Shown in pieces: positions 14,745 to 28,801 of a stretch of DNA of 64,000 nucleotides; positions within the stretch are counted from its first letter, which is position 1, and every line of letters starts with the position of its first letter. Made by a program: the position numbers and the translations under genes. The DNA is from Octopus vulgaris (taxonomy: Eukaryota), in assembly GCA_951406725.2 (NCBI GenBank), contig OX597819.1, positions 34,534,001-34,598,000 of the forward strand. Direction: 5' to 3'. The notes under the pieces are model-generated. The model saw only the letters and a program-made list of their open reading frames with translations, was not told the origin of the DNA and made no database searches.

Positions 14745-15234
14745 CATTATTATTATTATTCCTGAAGATTTGAGACTAATTATAGAATTACAGACTAGAA
14801 GATGTACCATTTACTTTGTTACTGAGTACATATTCTACGTGATTCATCTTTGATTATCATCTTGTCTCATTTACTAAATAAATAGTAACATGACTTGCTG
14901 GTTCTACTCTTTATGTCTTTACATAAAAATACCTTGCTCCAATAATCTTCAATATTATCAATATTACAGCAGTGCATTGGCAGAAGTGTTAAAGAGTCAC
15001 ACAAAATATTTTATAGTATTTAGTTCAAATCACACCAGGTCACTCTTACTGTTCACCCTTTCAAGAAGCCAAAACCAGTTACATAAACAAGTACCAGTTA
15101 CATACTAATTTGTTGGTCATATGCCAATATTAAAAATCATTGTTATTATTAATTCTAAATTTTGGTACAGTGGCAGTTCAGCTGTAGTATCAGTGTTAAA
15201 TGACATGTAGTATTAGTAAATGAGTCATATTAAT

Positions 15235-16422
15235 AGGTGAGCTAGTTGAGCCATGACAGAAAATGAGCTGTAGTACTTGTCAGTAGGTGATCCATAGTGA
15301 ATATCAACAGAAGAGCTATAGTACTAATTGGTAATTGACTTGTAGTGCATATCAATAGAAGAGCTATAGTACTTATTAGTAGCTGATCCATAGTGCATAC
15401 CAATAGAAGAGCTATAGTATTTTTTAATAGTTGATCTGTAGTGCATGTCAGTAGGAGAGATGTAGTAATTATTAGTAGGTGATCTTTAGTGCATGTCACT
15501 AGAAGAGCTATAGTATTTATTTAGTAGCTGATCCATAGTGCATACCAATAGAAGAGCTATAGTATTTATTAATAGTTGATCTGTAGTGCATGTCAGTAGG
15601 AGAGATGTAGTAATTATTAGTAGGTGATCTTTAGTGCATGTCACTAGAAGAGCTATAGTACTTATTTAGTAGCTGATCCATAGTGCATACCAATAGAAGA
15701 GCTATAGTATTTATTAATAGTTGATCTGTAGTGCATGTCAGTAGGAGAGATGTAGTACTTATTAGTAGGTGATCTGTAGTGCATGTCACTAGAAGAGCTA
15801 TAGTACTTATTTAGTAGCTGATCCATAGTGTATACCAATAGAAGAACTATAGTATTTACTAATAGTTGATCTGTAGTGCATGTCAGTAGGAGAGATGTAG
15901 TACTTATTAGTAGGTGATCTGTAGTGCATGTCACTAGAAGAGCTGTAGTACTTATTTAGTAGCTGATCCATAGTGTATACCAATAGAAGAGCTATAGTAT
16001 TTACTAATAGTTGATCTGTAGTGCATGTCAGTAGGAGAGATGTAGTACTTATTAGTAGGTGATCTGTAGTGCATGTCACTAGAAGAGCTATAGTACTTAT
16101 TTAGTAGCTGATCCATAGTGTATACCAATAGAAGAGCTATAGTATTTACTAATAGTTGATCTGTAGTGCATATCAGTAGGAGAGATGTAGTACTTATTTG
16201 TAAGTGGCTCGTAGTACATATTGCTAGGTGAGCTGTAGTACTTATTTAGTAGCTGATCCATAGTGTATACCAATAGAGCGAAGTCATAATAGGTGAGGGG
16301 TGTTAAATTTAAACTATCTTCTCTACTAACCTTTCGACAGTAGGAGAGATGTAGTACTTATTAGTAGGTGATCTGTAGTGCATGTCACTAGAAGAGCTAT
16401 AGTACTTATTTAGTAGCTGATC
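15235..16422. repeat. Minisatellite: ~48-bp monomer organised as a 145-bp (48+48+49) higher-order repeat
   Basis: agtagctgatccatagtg recurs at 15378, 15523, 15668, 15813, 15958, 16103 and 16248. Confidence 0.95.
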
Positions 16423-16696
16423 TAAGTTTATACACAGAGCTATAGTGGTGGGGACGAAAGGTTAAGTTGATTAATGCAAGAATTTGAACTCAGTGTTGGT
16501 GTTGGTGGTGTTGTTGGTATTATATATTTACTATTGTCTACTGTCCTTGGTCAGAATTAATATTGTTAAATAATTAAATACTGTTATTATTGTTATTGTT
16601 GTTGATGTTGCCTCTTGTAACCCTGTAGTATTCAAGGAATAAATCATTACTAATAGTATTTGGGTGACTTTCATCTCAACACTTCGCAATTAAAGC

Positions 16697-17350
<654 letters not shown>

Positions 17351-18165
17351 CAGCTGACAGAGAAAATCATTAGAGCATCTGCTAAAATGCCATCCTGTAA
17401 TTAGATTCGATCCTTTACATTCCGAGTTCAATCTGAGGTCAGCTTTGTCTTTCATTCTTTTGCATCAATGAAATAGAATACCAGTTAAGTACTCAGGTCA
17501 ATTAAATCAACTGTACCCTTTCCCATTACAGCTCCCATCTGGAAATGAATTATGTTTATTGGTGTATGTGTGGCCCCTACCTATAACCAACCGTAACCTT
17601 TCCCTACATGGAAATCTATAATTATAATTATTAGTAAGTATTGAAAATGTACACTTATATAGCTGTATTGATAGATCTTATCAAATATGTACTATATAAT
17701 TAAGTATTAAACTGTTATTATTATAAAATGTACATATTACTATTATTATTATTATTATTCAAGGCAGTGAGTTGGCAGAATTGTTAGTGCACCCGGCAAA
17801 ATGCTTAGTGGCATTTTGGCCACTTTTACATACTGAGTTCAAACACCACCAAGGTCAACTTTGCCCTTCATTCTTCTGGGGTCATTAAATTAAGTACCAC
17901 TGAAACACTGGGGTCCATGTAATTGACTAGCCCCTTCTCCCAAAATCGCAGGTCTTGTCCCTTTAGTAAAAATGATCATTATTATATATAATATATATTA
18001 GCATTATTTTATTACTACATATATAATACATATAGAATTAGTATTATGTTATTATATAACACACACACACACACACATACATAGATATGTATATATGTGT
18101 GTGTATATATATATATATATATATTAGGCCGCTGGTGGCAAAAGAATTCTACAAAATTTTTTGCC

Positions 18166-18196
<31 letters not shown>

Positions 18197-18810
18197 CATA
18201 GTATTATATATATATATATATCTGGCCTCTGTGCCAATGGCACATAAAAAGCACCATTCGAGCGTGATCGTTACCTGCGTCGCCTTACTGGTACTTGTGC
18301 TGGTGGTACGTAAAAAAACATTCAAGCAAGGTCACTGCCAGTGCCGCTGGACTGGCTCCTGTGCAGGTGGCACATAAAAAGCACCATTTGAGCATGGCCG
18401 CTGCCAGTACCTATTTCTTTATTACCCACAAGGGGACAAACAAGGACAGACAAAGGTATTAAGTCGATTACATCGCCGCAGTACGTAACTGGTACTTAAT
18501 TTATCGACCCCGAAAGGATGAAAGGCAAAGTCGACCACGGCGGAATTTGAACTCAGAACGTAACGGCAGAAGAAATACTGCTAAGCATTTCACCCGGCGT
18601 GCTAACATTTCTGCCAGCTCGCCGCCGAAAGGCCCTCGTGCCGGTGGCATGTAAAAGCACCCACTACACTCTCAGAGTGGTTGGCATTAGGAAGGGCATC
18701 CAGCTGTAGAAACTCTGCCAGATCAGATTGGAGTCTGGTGCAGCCATCTGGTTCGCCAGACCTCATTCAAATCATCCAACCCATGCTAGCTTGGAAAGCA
18801 GGCATTAAAC

Positions 18811-18852
<42 letters not shown>

Positions 18853-19541
18853 AGATATATATTATAAGTATTATTTGATTATTATACATAATACATATTA
18901 TTCTATGTAATGCATAATATGTATTATAATCATATATCTTTATATATTATAGGTATATTTAGTAGTGAATGAAGTGAAACCATTTCTATTATATCTGAAA
19001 TATCAACAGGAATTCCTTTTCATAAACACCTGTTGTTTTCATGGCACAAACTAAGAGAAAGAAGAGAACAAAAAGACTCAGGGAAGAACAAACTGAGTGA
19101 GAGAGAGAGAGAGAGTAAAAGAGAAAATAAATGAAGAAGGAAAAGTGAGAGGGAGAGAAAGGTAAGGGAATAGAGAGAGACAGAGAGTGAACAAAGTGGA
19201 AAAGCCATCATATTCTTTAAACAAGCTTTTGTCCAGTGTTTAGTTTTCTTTCAACAGAAAACAAACGAAGATAAAAATCAATGACTTAACTAACTGGCTT
19301 AGAATCAAAGTATTTGGCTTATATATTAAACCTGAGGGTACAGAACACACTGGTAAGTGATGGCACAAAGTTGTGGGATGATGTATGGGTGGAGGGGAGT
19401 GTTTGTCATAAGCAGTCAGGTACTTAAATAAAACTACTTGAACTATCTAGAAATATTTGGAAATACATGTGTGTATTTGTCTATACATACATATACATAA
19501 ATATACATATATATATACATATATACATAAATATACATATA

Positions 19542-19587
<46 letters not shown>

Positions 19588-19803
19588 AATATACATATAC
19601 CAATATAAATATATATATATATGTATATATATCATAGGTGCAGGTGTGTCTGTGTGGTAAAGAAGTTTGCTTCTCAACCACAAGGTTCCAGGTTGAATTC
19701 CTCTGCATGGTACCTTGGGCAAGTATCTTCTACTATAGCCTCAGGCCAACCAAAGTTTTGTAAGTGGATTTGGTAGAGGGAAACTGAAAGAAACCTCGCA
19801 TAC

Positions 19804-19844
<41 letters not shown>

Positions 19845-22800
19845 AACTAGTTCAAAATATTTTCATTGTCAACTATCAGGTTTGAGTCCACTTTTATAGA
19901 ATTGTCATTATAAGAAAAATATTAAGAAAATATTAAATTTTTTCATACAAAAAATAACAATACAAAAGTTGTGTAGACTCCTCATCATCATTCTAAAGAC
20001 TACTAAGTTCTGGTGTGTGGTGGAAAGAACAGAAACACCTAGAGAGCTACTACACCACCTGATGGGAATTCATCTCCTGCATTCAGAGACAGAATACAGC
20101 AGTACCATCAGAACATAAGTGTTTATCCTAAATATACATACTAACCGTGAAACACAGGGAAATTATGTGGTCACATGGTATGCTACAAATAGTGAACAAA
20201 TTTTCTTGAAATCATATTGTTCATTGTGTCTAGAAAGAAAAAGACCCCCCACCCCCACCATCCCACCCCAAATATTTATCATAACTTGATCATGTAAGCT
20301 TAACCAGAGTTGACCTGGAGTTAAATAACAACTAAAATGGCCTTTATTATAAATTATAAAAAAAACAGCCTGCAGGAGTGGCTGTGTGGTAAGTAGCGAC
20401 GAGCTAGCATAAATGTTAGCATGCCGGGCGAAATGTTAGCATGCGTAACCATATTTCGTCTCGCATTACGTTCTGAGTTCAAATTCCGCCAAGGTCGACT
20501 TTACCTTTCATCCTTTCGGGGTTGATAAATTATGTACTAGTTATGCACTGGGGTCGATGTAATCGACTTAATCCATTTGTCTGTCCTTGTTTGGCACCTT
20601 GTGGATAGTAAAGAAATACGTAGCTTGCTTACCAACCACATGGTTCCGGGTTCAGTCCCACTGCATGGCACCTTGGGCAAGTGTTTTCTACTATAGCCTT
20701 GTGAGTGGATTTGGTAGACGGAAACTGAAAGAAGCCATCGTATATATGTATATATATATGTATGTGTGTGTATATGTTTGTGAGTCTTTGCTTGTCCCTC
20801 CAACATCGCTTGACAACCAATACTGGTGTGTTTACATCCCCATAACTTAGTGGTTCGGCAAAAAGAGACCGATGGAATAAGTGCTAGTCCTGGGGTTGAT
20901 TTGCTTGACTAAAGGCGGTGCTCCAGCATGGCCACAGTCAAATGACTGAAACAAATAAAAGAAAATAATGTAAAATACAACACTCATGTATAATAGATTT
21001 CTCTAAACTAGCTTATATGATACATCCCAATCTCAGTGACATGGAATGTTGTCTCAATCTTGGTCACATGGCATGGTGACCCCACCTTTTGACATAATGA
21101 TTCCTTAATGACATTCAATGTTATCCTAATTCGAGTAAGATAGTAATGCAAATCTTAAAAGTAACGCATAATTAATTCAATACCATTATAAAACCAACAA
21201 AAATTAGCAGGACATTCCAGAGATATGACACTTTAACACAAGCTGAGCAGGATGTGACCACAGAAATTTAACATACCAAACTAGACACTCCAAAAGATTT
21301 GACTCAGTTTGTTATCCTTCATGATAACTCCCCTGATCCAACCCTAAATTATTACAGAACATCACGGGAAGTGGAGTAGGGTGTACAGAAAGAAGAGAAA
21401 TAAGCAACCCACATTGTTGTGTGTTGTTTTTCAGACAGTTTCCAAATAGCAAGGGAGCCATGATATTGTGTTCCTTCCTTTTAAGTAGTTAAGTGATGCT
21501 TCAATAGTAATGCATGAACCTACTGCAAGCATGGAAAAGTAGATGTTAAAACAATAATGACGGTGATGATGACTACAGTCTTTATAAACATCAACTCAAC
21601 AGTCTTCAATAATCTGTCAAACAAAAGCAACATATAGAGTATTAATATTTGCAATCACCAGACTGGCCCTCATGCTGGTGGCACATAAAAGCACCCACTA
21701 CACTCTCGGAGTGGTTAGCCTTAGGAAGGGCATCCAGCTGTAGAAACTTTGCCTGATCAGATTGGAGCCTGGTGCAGCCTTCTGGCTCGCCAACCCTCAA
21801 TCAAACCGTCCAACCCATGCCAGCATAGAAAGCAGATGATGATGATGACGATGATGAATTAAAGGTAACAAGCTGGTAAAATCATTAACAAGTTAGGCAA
21901 AATGTTAGCAGCGTTTCGTCTGTCTGCACATTCAAATTCCATTGAAGTCAACTTTGCCTTTCATTCTTAAATAAAACAAGTACCAGTTGAACAATGGGGT
22001 CAATGTAATCGACTTACTCCCTCTATTGAAATTGCTGGCTTTGTGCCAAAATTTGACAACACCATTTGCAATAATTCTTTTCTACTCTAGGCACAAGGCC
22101 CCACATTTTGGGGGAGGGAACCAGTCGATTAGATCGACCTAGTATGCAGCTGGTACTTAATTTATCAACCCCGAAAGGATGAAAGGCAAAGTCGACCTTG
22201 GCGGAATTTGAACTCAGAACATAAAGACAGACGAAATACTGCTAAGTATTTCGCCCGGCATGCTAACATTTCTGCCAGCTCGCCACCTTAACATTTGCAA
22301 TAATTAAGTGGTTAGGCAGCTTCAAGGTTTTAAGATTGGTTTCCCCACTGTCACATAAGTTGGACACATTTCACAGTATTTCAGCTTTTGTTACAATCTT
22401 TTATAACAAAGAAGAAATCTTCAACTCATTGTTGAGTCATGACATTTGAGGCAAGGTTTGTTTTTAAAGCCTATCATTCATAATTCTTAGTCCATTTTCC
22501 ACTCTGTCATATAGGCTGGACACATCTCACGGTATCTTAGCATTAGTTATAATCCTTTGGCATCTAAAAAATCTAGTAACAGAGAAATCTACTACTTCTG
22601 ATTGGTGTATGTCATTTGAGGCAGTAGGGGCAAGGTTTTTTGTTTTTTACATAACATCATTGGTATCAAGTTTTTACATTTTAACATCACTTCATGTCAT
22701 GAATTGAGTGTATTTTATTACATCACCAATACTAAAGTTGTCATCTACAGCATAGTCCAAATGTCTCCTCCAACCAATCTTTTATCTTTCATTTGTTTCA

Positions 22801-24121
22801 GTCATTAGACTGTGGCCATGCTGGAGCACCACCTGTGGCCATAGTCTAGTGACTGAAACAAGTAAAAGATTGAAGATAAAGGTAACATTTCAATAACTTA
22901 TTAAATCAACTAATTTTATTTTTCTTTTAACTCCAAATTTTGTTTACAACAGGATTTATATTCAGGACTGTCAGTTCAGCACACAAAAAATACAAGACAG
23001 CCAACAAAGTAGTCTGTATGTGGTCCTTTGACCTACTAGAAATAGCCCTCAAACTTCCTTTAAATCACCACCACCAGTATCACCCCCGCCCCCTACTGTC
23101 TTAGAAAAAGGCAGAAATATTGTCAGACATTCAAACACCAACTTAACTGCCTAAAAATGGAATCTAAATCATTGTGTTCCAACTGAAAGCAAGTATAAAC
23201 ACCCAAACAGGAATTTGTCAGGGATTGATGACATCAGCAAATAGCTAGCCATTCAAGTCCTTGGTGGACACATGAGGACTTCTTTTTATCAGTAGACAGG
23301 GATGACCATCAAAAGCACAATAGACTCAGCAGATGCTGAACTCATTAGAATTCCAGTTGCTGTAAACAAGATATTGATATATCATTAATAACTTTGTATT
23401 TATTTAGTGTCCTTTGATGGCCCATTGTTTGTCTATTAACTGACCAGTGGTTGTAACACAGCTAAAGTCAACTTTCGGCAGGAACTGCTCACTCAGCTAT
23501 AAAATTCAATGACCTCAACAATGCACTTTCAGTGCTCACACATGCACACACACACACACACACACACATTTGGCATGGACACACAAGAACTGATTCACTA
23601 GGTGTAAATATCTCCTGTCTGTCATCGTTGTAACAACAGCATTTTTCTGTTAATGACAGGTAAATATTTTTGTATCTGGACATTACATATATTCTTGTTC
23701 TGTCAGCCAACCAAATATTTTGTCATGGCAAACACATTGGAAAATGACTGGAATGTCATGGTTAGAGTACCTCTGATCATAGGTCAGCTAGCTCAGTTAA
23801 TGTTACCTTGAGGTTAAACAACCACATGAACCCATTTTGCACTGTACCACATTTTCGTGTCAAATCCTTTAATAAAATTTCCACACATCCTCTCATGTTA
23901 CATTTCTCACTTCCAGGAAATAATGGGGTTTTGTGGGGTTTTAAGTTTTCTCCCACTACTACTACAACTGTATTACCATCACTACAACTATAACTGCTGC
24001 TACCACCACCACCACCACCACCACAACTAATATTTCTACTGTTACTATCACTACCACCATTTCTACTACTATTACTACTTTACCACCACCACTTGAACTA
24101 TTGGTCCCCACACCATCACCA

Positions 24122-24164
<43 letters not shown>

Positions 24165-24378
24165 CACTGCAGTTGCTACTGTCACTCTCTCCCCATCACC
24201 ACTAATAATACATACACCACCACTATCACCAACACCACACCTTCATATATAATTTCCTGTTTATATAACTTTAAATTTGATTCATTGAAATGATATTTCC
24301 TTTGGAATTTACTGCAAGGTTGTTTAATTCTATAAAGAAAATTACCAAAATCACTAAAGCTGTATTCATATTTACTAT

Positions 24379-24435
<57 letters not shown>

Positions 24436-24442
<7 letters not shown>

Positions 24443-24756
24443 AACTTATAAGAAAGGGCTAAAGAAAAATTATTTCAAAGCCAATATGCTGATTTTCCAC
24501 ATATAATCTACATGCTATAGAAAGATTGAACTGAAGTCGGGCAAGCTAACGGTTAGCTTGCCCGACTTCAGTTCAATCTTTCAGTAGCGTGTAGATTATA
24601 TGTGGAAAATCAGCATATTGGCTTTGAAATAATTTTTCTTTAGCCCTTTCTTATAAGTTGTTTATAATTTTAATCGTAAAGGTATTTTAATATGCTGCCA
24701 CATTTCTTGATGGAATTTTTTTCTGTAGAGAAAAAAACTTCATCCTATATTAGTAG

Positions 24757-24757
<1 letters not shown>
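24436..24757. mobile_element. Non-coding fold-back insertion in (TA)n, probably PLE-derived
   Basis: 115-bp arms 24436-24550 and 24552-24666 with a 1-nt centre and 3 mismatches, a ~90-nt unique tail, and (TA)n on both sides. Confidence 0.7.
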
Positions 24758-24806
<49 letters not shown>

Positions 24807-25009
24807 TTTAAACAGAGTCTTGATAGATTCCTTCAAAGAATACCAGATAAGCCACCCATAATTGGATACAACTCACCCAACAAGAACTCACTACTTGAAC
24901 AAAACTTGACTTAAACAAAATTTGACTTAAACAGGATTCGAATAATCCTATCAGTTGGTGCTATTAAGTTAGACATGGCCTGGACCAATCTTTGGTCGAA
25001 ACATATCTA

Positions 25010-25013
<4 letters not shown>
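24807..25013 (+). mobile_element. CR1/L2-group LINE extreme 3' end
   Basis: Translates FKQSLDRFLQRIPDKPPIIGYNSPNKNSLL, with a terminal catggcc-gacca/tggtc-gaaac stem-loop. Confidence 0.7.
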
Positions 25014-25054
<41 letters not shown>

Positions 25055-25914
25055 TTATATATTGATGGTTCCCCAGTTACAACCAATGAGAATTCAGTTG
25101 TTTGATCTACTAAATTGCCTGCCCCTTGGATTAGCATATAAGTGGCTGAGCAGTTCACAGACACTTGTACTCTTAACCCTTTGGCATTCAAATTACTTTG
25201 TCGAATGTAATGCTTATTTATTAATATAGTTTTGAAACAATCATGCATTATCTTGAACCTTCAAGATTTTGAAAATGTGGTTGTTTTTATTCTTAGAATA
25301 ACATTATAAGGGTAGACGCGAGAGGCTGGATCTAGTCAGTCCGAACATAAAACAAGTAGAATATTTTGGGCTGGATACGGCTGGTTTGAATGCTAAAAAG
25401 AGATCATAATTCTCAGGTAGAATCATCATGACATAGAGTGTGTGAGAAAGAAGTACTTTAGTACAATCCAGTTGATGAGCGCCTTACAGTTTCTGTCGAC
25501 CCAATTTCAAACACAAAACATGGCATGATCCAAAGCTATAGAAATTTGCTTAAGATGCCTTGCCATGGGACATTATGGTTATGGAGGAAACTTCTTAATC
25601 GCTTGGATATATTGCAAATGTATATGTGTGTGTCAATGAATGGATGAATAGGTAGATGGATGGATGCATGCATGCATGGATGGAGCGATGGACAGACAAA
25701 CATACAGACAGATATGGTCCATCATGCTCTGTGAATTGGTAGTCCCTAAGGAAATAGATACAGGTGGATGGATGGATGGATGGATGGATGGATGGATGGA
25801 TGGATGGATGGATAGGTAGAGAGATAGAGAGAGACAGAAAAGAGAAAAGGAGAGAGAGGGAAAAGAGAGAGAGAGAAAGATAGATTCCATCATGATATGT
25901 AAATTGGTATTTTA

Positions 25915-26045
25915 CTAGGGAAACTAGATACTGGTGAATGGCTTGTGAAGGTTTTACAAACTATATACAACAACGCAGTCAGTAAAGTAACAGTCATCAA
26001 GACAGAGGAACCCATCAAGAGTCCTCAGCCCCCACCACTTATCCA
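25915..26045 (+). mobile_element. Decayed RTE reverse transcriptase fragment
   Basis: Translates LGKLDTGEWLVKVLQTIYNNAVSKVTV, resembling the RTE RT segment LRKLG..EWLV..VQ.MY....SKV. Confidence 0.5.
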
Positions 26046-26187
26046 TATTTACCAGATTACAAGAGAGGATGGAATATATTCCATACATATGAGACATAAC
26101 AATCCAGGATAGAGGAAAGCCTGCGCAATTTGTAAAACATTTCAGAAGTTTAATATGTAATATCTACATATAAACATATGTAGAGAC

Positions 26188-26189
<2 letters not shown>

Positions 26190-26252
<63 letters not shown>

Positions 26253-26323
26253 ATGTATGTATGTATGTATGTATGTATGTATGTATGTATGTATGTGTGT
26301 ATGTATATATGTATGTATGCATG

Positions 26324-26357
<34 letters not shown>

Positions 26358-26399
26358 TGTATGTATGTATGTATGTATGTATGTATGTATGTGTGTATG

Positions 26400-26433
<34 letters not shown>

Positions 26434-26467
26434 TGTATGTATGTATGTATGTATGTATGTGTGTATG

Positions 26468-26501
<34 letters not shown>

Positions 26502-26555
26502 TGTATGTATGTATGTGTGTATGTATGTATGTATGTATGTATGTATGTATGTATT
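26190..26555. repeat. Compound (TA)n/(TATG)n microsatellite, one of many (TA, CA, ATT, GAT, TAG, GGAT, CAGA) tracts
   Basis: Directly visible. Confidence 0.98.
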
Positions 26556-26957
26556 TACATATATGTAAGTCAAAACATATAGATCCACACATGCAAGGAC
26601 ATCCATGTCTGTACACACTTATATGTAAACAGGTACATATATATTCATGTATGCATACACACATACATATACACATGTGCATATGCACACTCACATACAC
26701 ACACACACATATCTACCCTGTCAATGTTGTCAAAATATGGTCCCCTTCTATTAGTGAATCACCTGAAAAGAAAGATCACAGTATTTCCTCTACTTTTACA
26801 TTCTGAGTTCAAACACTGTGCAAGTCAACTTTGCCTTTCATTCTTTCAGGGTCAATAAGATAAGTACCAGTTCGGCACTGGGGACAGTGTAATTGACTAC
26901 CCCTCTCCTGCAAAATTCCAGGCCTTGTACCTATAGTAGAAAGGATTATGTAGAGGT

Positions 26958-27230
26958 GGCATGTGCAAAAAGATTCGAGCGAGGTCGTTGCCAGTACTGC
27001 CTGACTGGCTCTTGTGCCGGTGGCACGTAAGAAGCACCCACTACACTCTCGGAGTGGTTGGCATCAGGAAGGGCATCCAGCTGTAGAAACTCTGGCAGAT
27101 CAAGATTGGAGCCTAATGCAGTCATCTGGTTTGCCAGCTCTCAGTCAAAATCGTCCAACCCATGCTAGCATGGAAAGTGGACGTTAAGCGACGACGATGA
27201 TGATGATGATGATGATGCTGATGACGATGA
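26958..27230 (+). mobile_element. RTE-tailed SINE-like repeat with (GAT)n tail; copies at 4390-4765, 18225-18850 and 21660-21856
   Basis: Shared cccactacactctcggagtggttggc..aggaagggcatccagc..ccaacccatgctagcatggaaa..(gat)n. Confidence 0.75.
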
Positions 27231-28762
27231 TGTTCTGCCAACACTAATAATCTTGAGTGTCTGTCCAATCTGAGATGATCACTCCACTAAGATATATACA
27301 AGTGAGACTAATTTTACAAGTAGTTCAAACATAGTAAAATACTCTGCCTGATGATGTAATGTAATATTAGCAGTGGCCATGGGTGGTTTGGCACTAATAT
27401 ATTGATTACACTAACTGCAATGGTAAATAGATAATACTTGCCAATGAAAACCAATCAAAGGATCTTTATACTCTCCAATGGAATTATATTCTGTTGCATG
27501 CATATAGTTCTGATATTCAACAACAGAACATCTTTGTATAAGAAAACTCTAAAAGCCAAGAGGCATTGCTATTCTTTAAAAGCAAAAAAAAAAAAAAAAG
27601 GAAACAAAACAGTGATTATTTTGTTGCCTTACAAATATAAACAGCAGGGAATAAACTGACATGCCTCTGTTCTCTGGTGTATAGAAAGCATATAAATAAA
27701 GTTGTATTTTTCTACCGCTCATTGATAATTTATACATACAGACATACATATACACATATCTAGCTAGCTAGCTGAATGCATGTATGCGTATACATATGTA
27801 TGTATGTATGCATGTATGTATGTATGTATGTATGTATGTGTGTATGTGTGTATGTATGTATGTATGTATGTATGTATGTATGTATGTATGTATGTATGTA
27901 TATAAGAGCCTCAATAACTATTCTGTTTATAAAAACAAATCACTCTAAAAGAAATTAGAGATAAAAAATAGTAATGTGTTGCTCTTAACTGTATACAATT
28001 TCTTAATCATCCTCCTGATTGATTTTACATTCATTTCCCTATGGCTTGGCCAAGTCCGCTTAGCTACATTTAACATCAATTCAACAATAACATGTAGTAC
28101 TAACATCACAGAGTAGATACATCCTGTTCACGTATCCTGTTCAGGAACCAATAAGGCATCTTCTATAGACATTGATCAACTAATGCATCCAAATCTGAAA
28201 CTTCCAAATACTAGGGCCACAAGTTAGAAAATGTTAGCCTTACATTGGCTCAGCGAGTGATTCAGCATATGTGATTGGCCTATGTGAGTGGTTAAGAAGT
28301 TTGCTTTGCATTCATGAGATCCTAGGTTCAATTCCACTCCTCAGTATTTTTGAATGTCCATTTTTTTTTTTTTTTGAATAGCCTTGAATTGGCCAGGTGA
28401 GGTGATTGAAAATGAGCGGTCAGAAGCTGCACAGAATCAACAGATACATTATACTGTATGTGTAATTCAAAGAGCCAACCTAATAAGACACTCTATGTCA
28501 TGTTGACTATGCCTGATAAATACGTTAAGATACATGTGATTGTGGAATACTCAACCCCTTACACTACATGTCAATGTAATTCAGTTGATCAAACTTTTTT
28601 GCAACAGTGGATCTTGATGCACACAGAAAGCTATAAATAATCTTATATCATAAAAGAGAAGCTGATCTCCATCTGTCTGTCCATAACATCTGTGCAGAGA
28701 GAGGGAAGAAGATGAGGAGGAAAAGTTATTGTTGAGAGAGAAGCACAGTGAGAGAGAGAGAG

Positions 28763-28801
<39 letters not shown>

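Noticed and set aside
15242-16079. Repetitive Y/S/M/D/R-rich ORFs as a reflectin-like or structural protein
   Set aside because: There is no reflectin motif, and the 145-bp period breaks the frame every unit.
15378-16422. CRISPR-like array (also considered for 41708-41952)
   Set aside because: The repeats are contiguous with no unique spacers, there are no cas genes, and the context is eukaryotic.
23200-23370. Possible minus-strand exon after a ttgtttacag acceptor; also a possible plus-strand mini-exon near 43350-43395
   Set aside because: Short frames with early stops or weak splice signals and no recognisable protein. Cannot be supported without RNA data.
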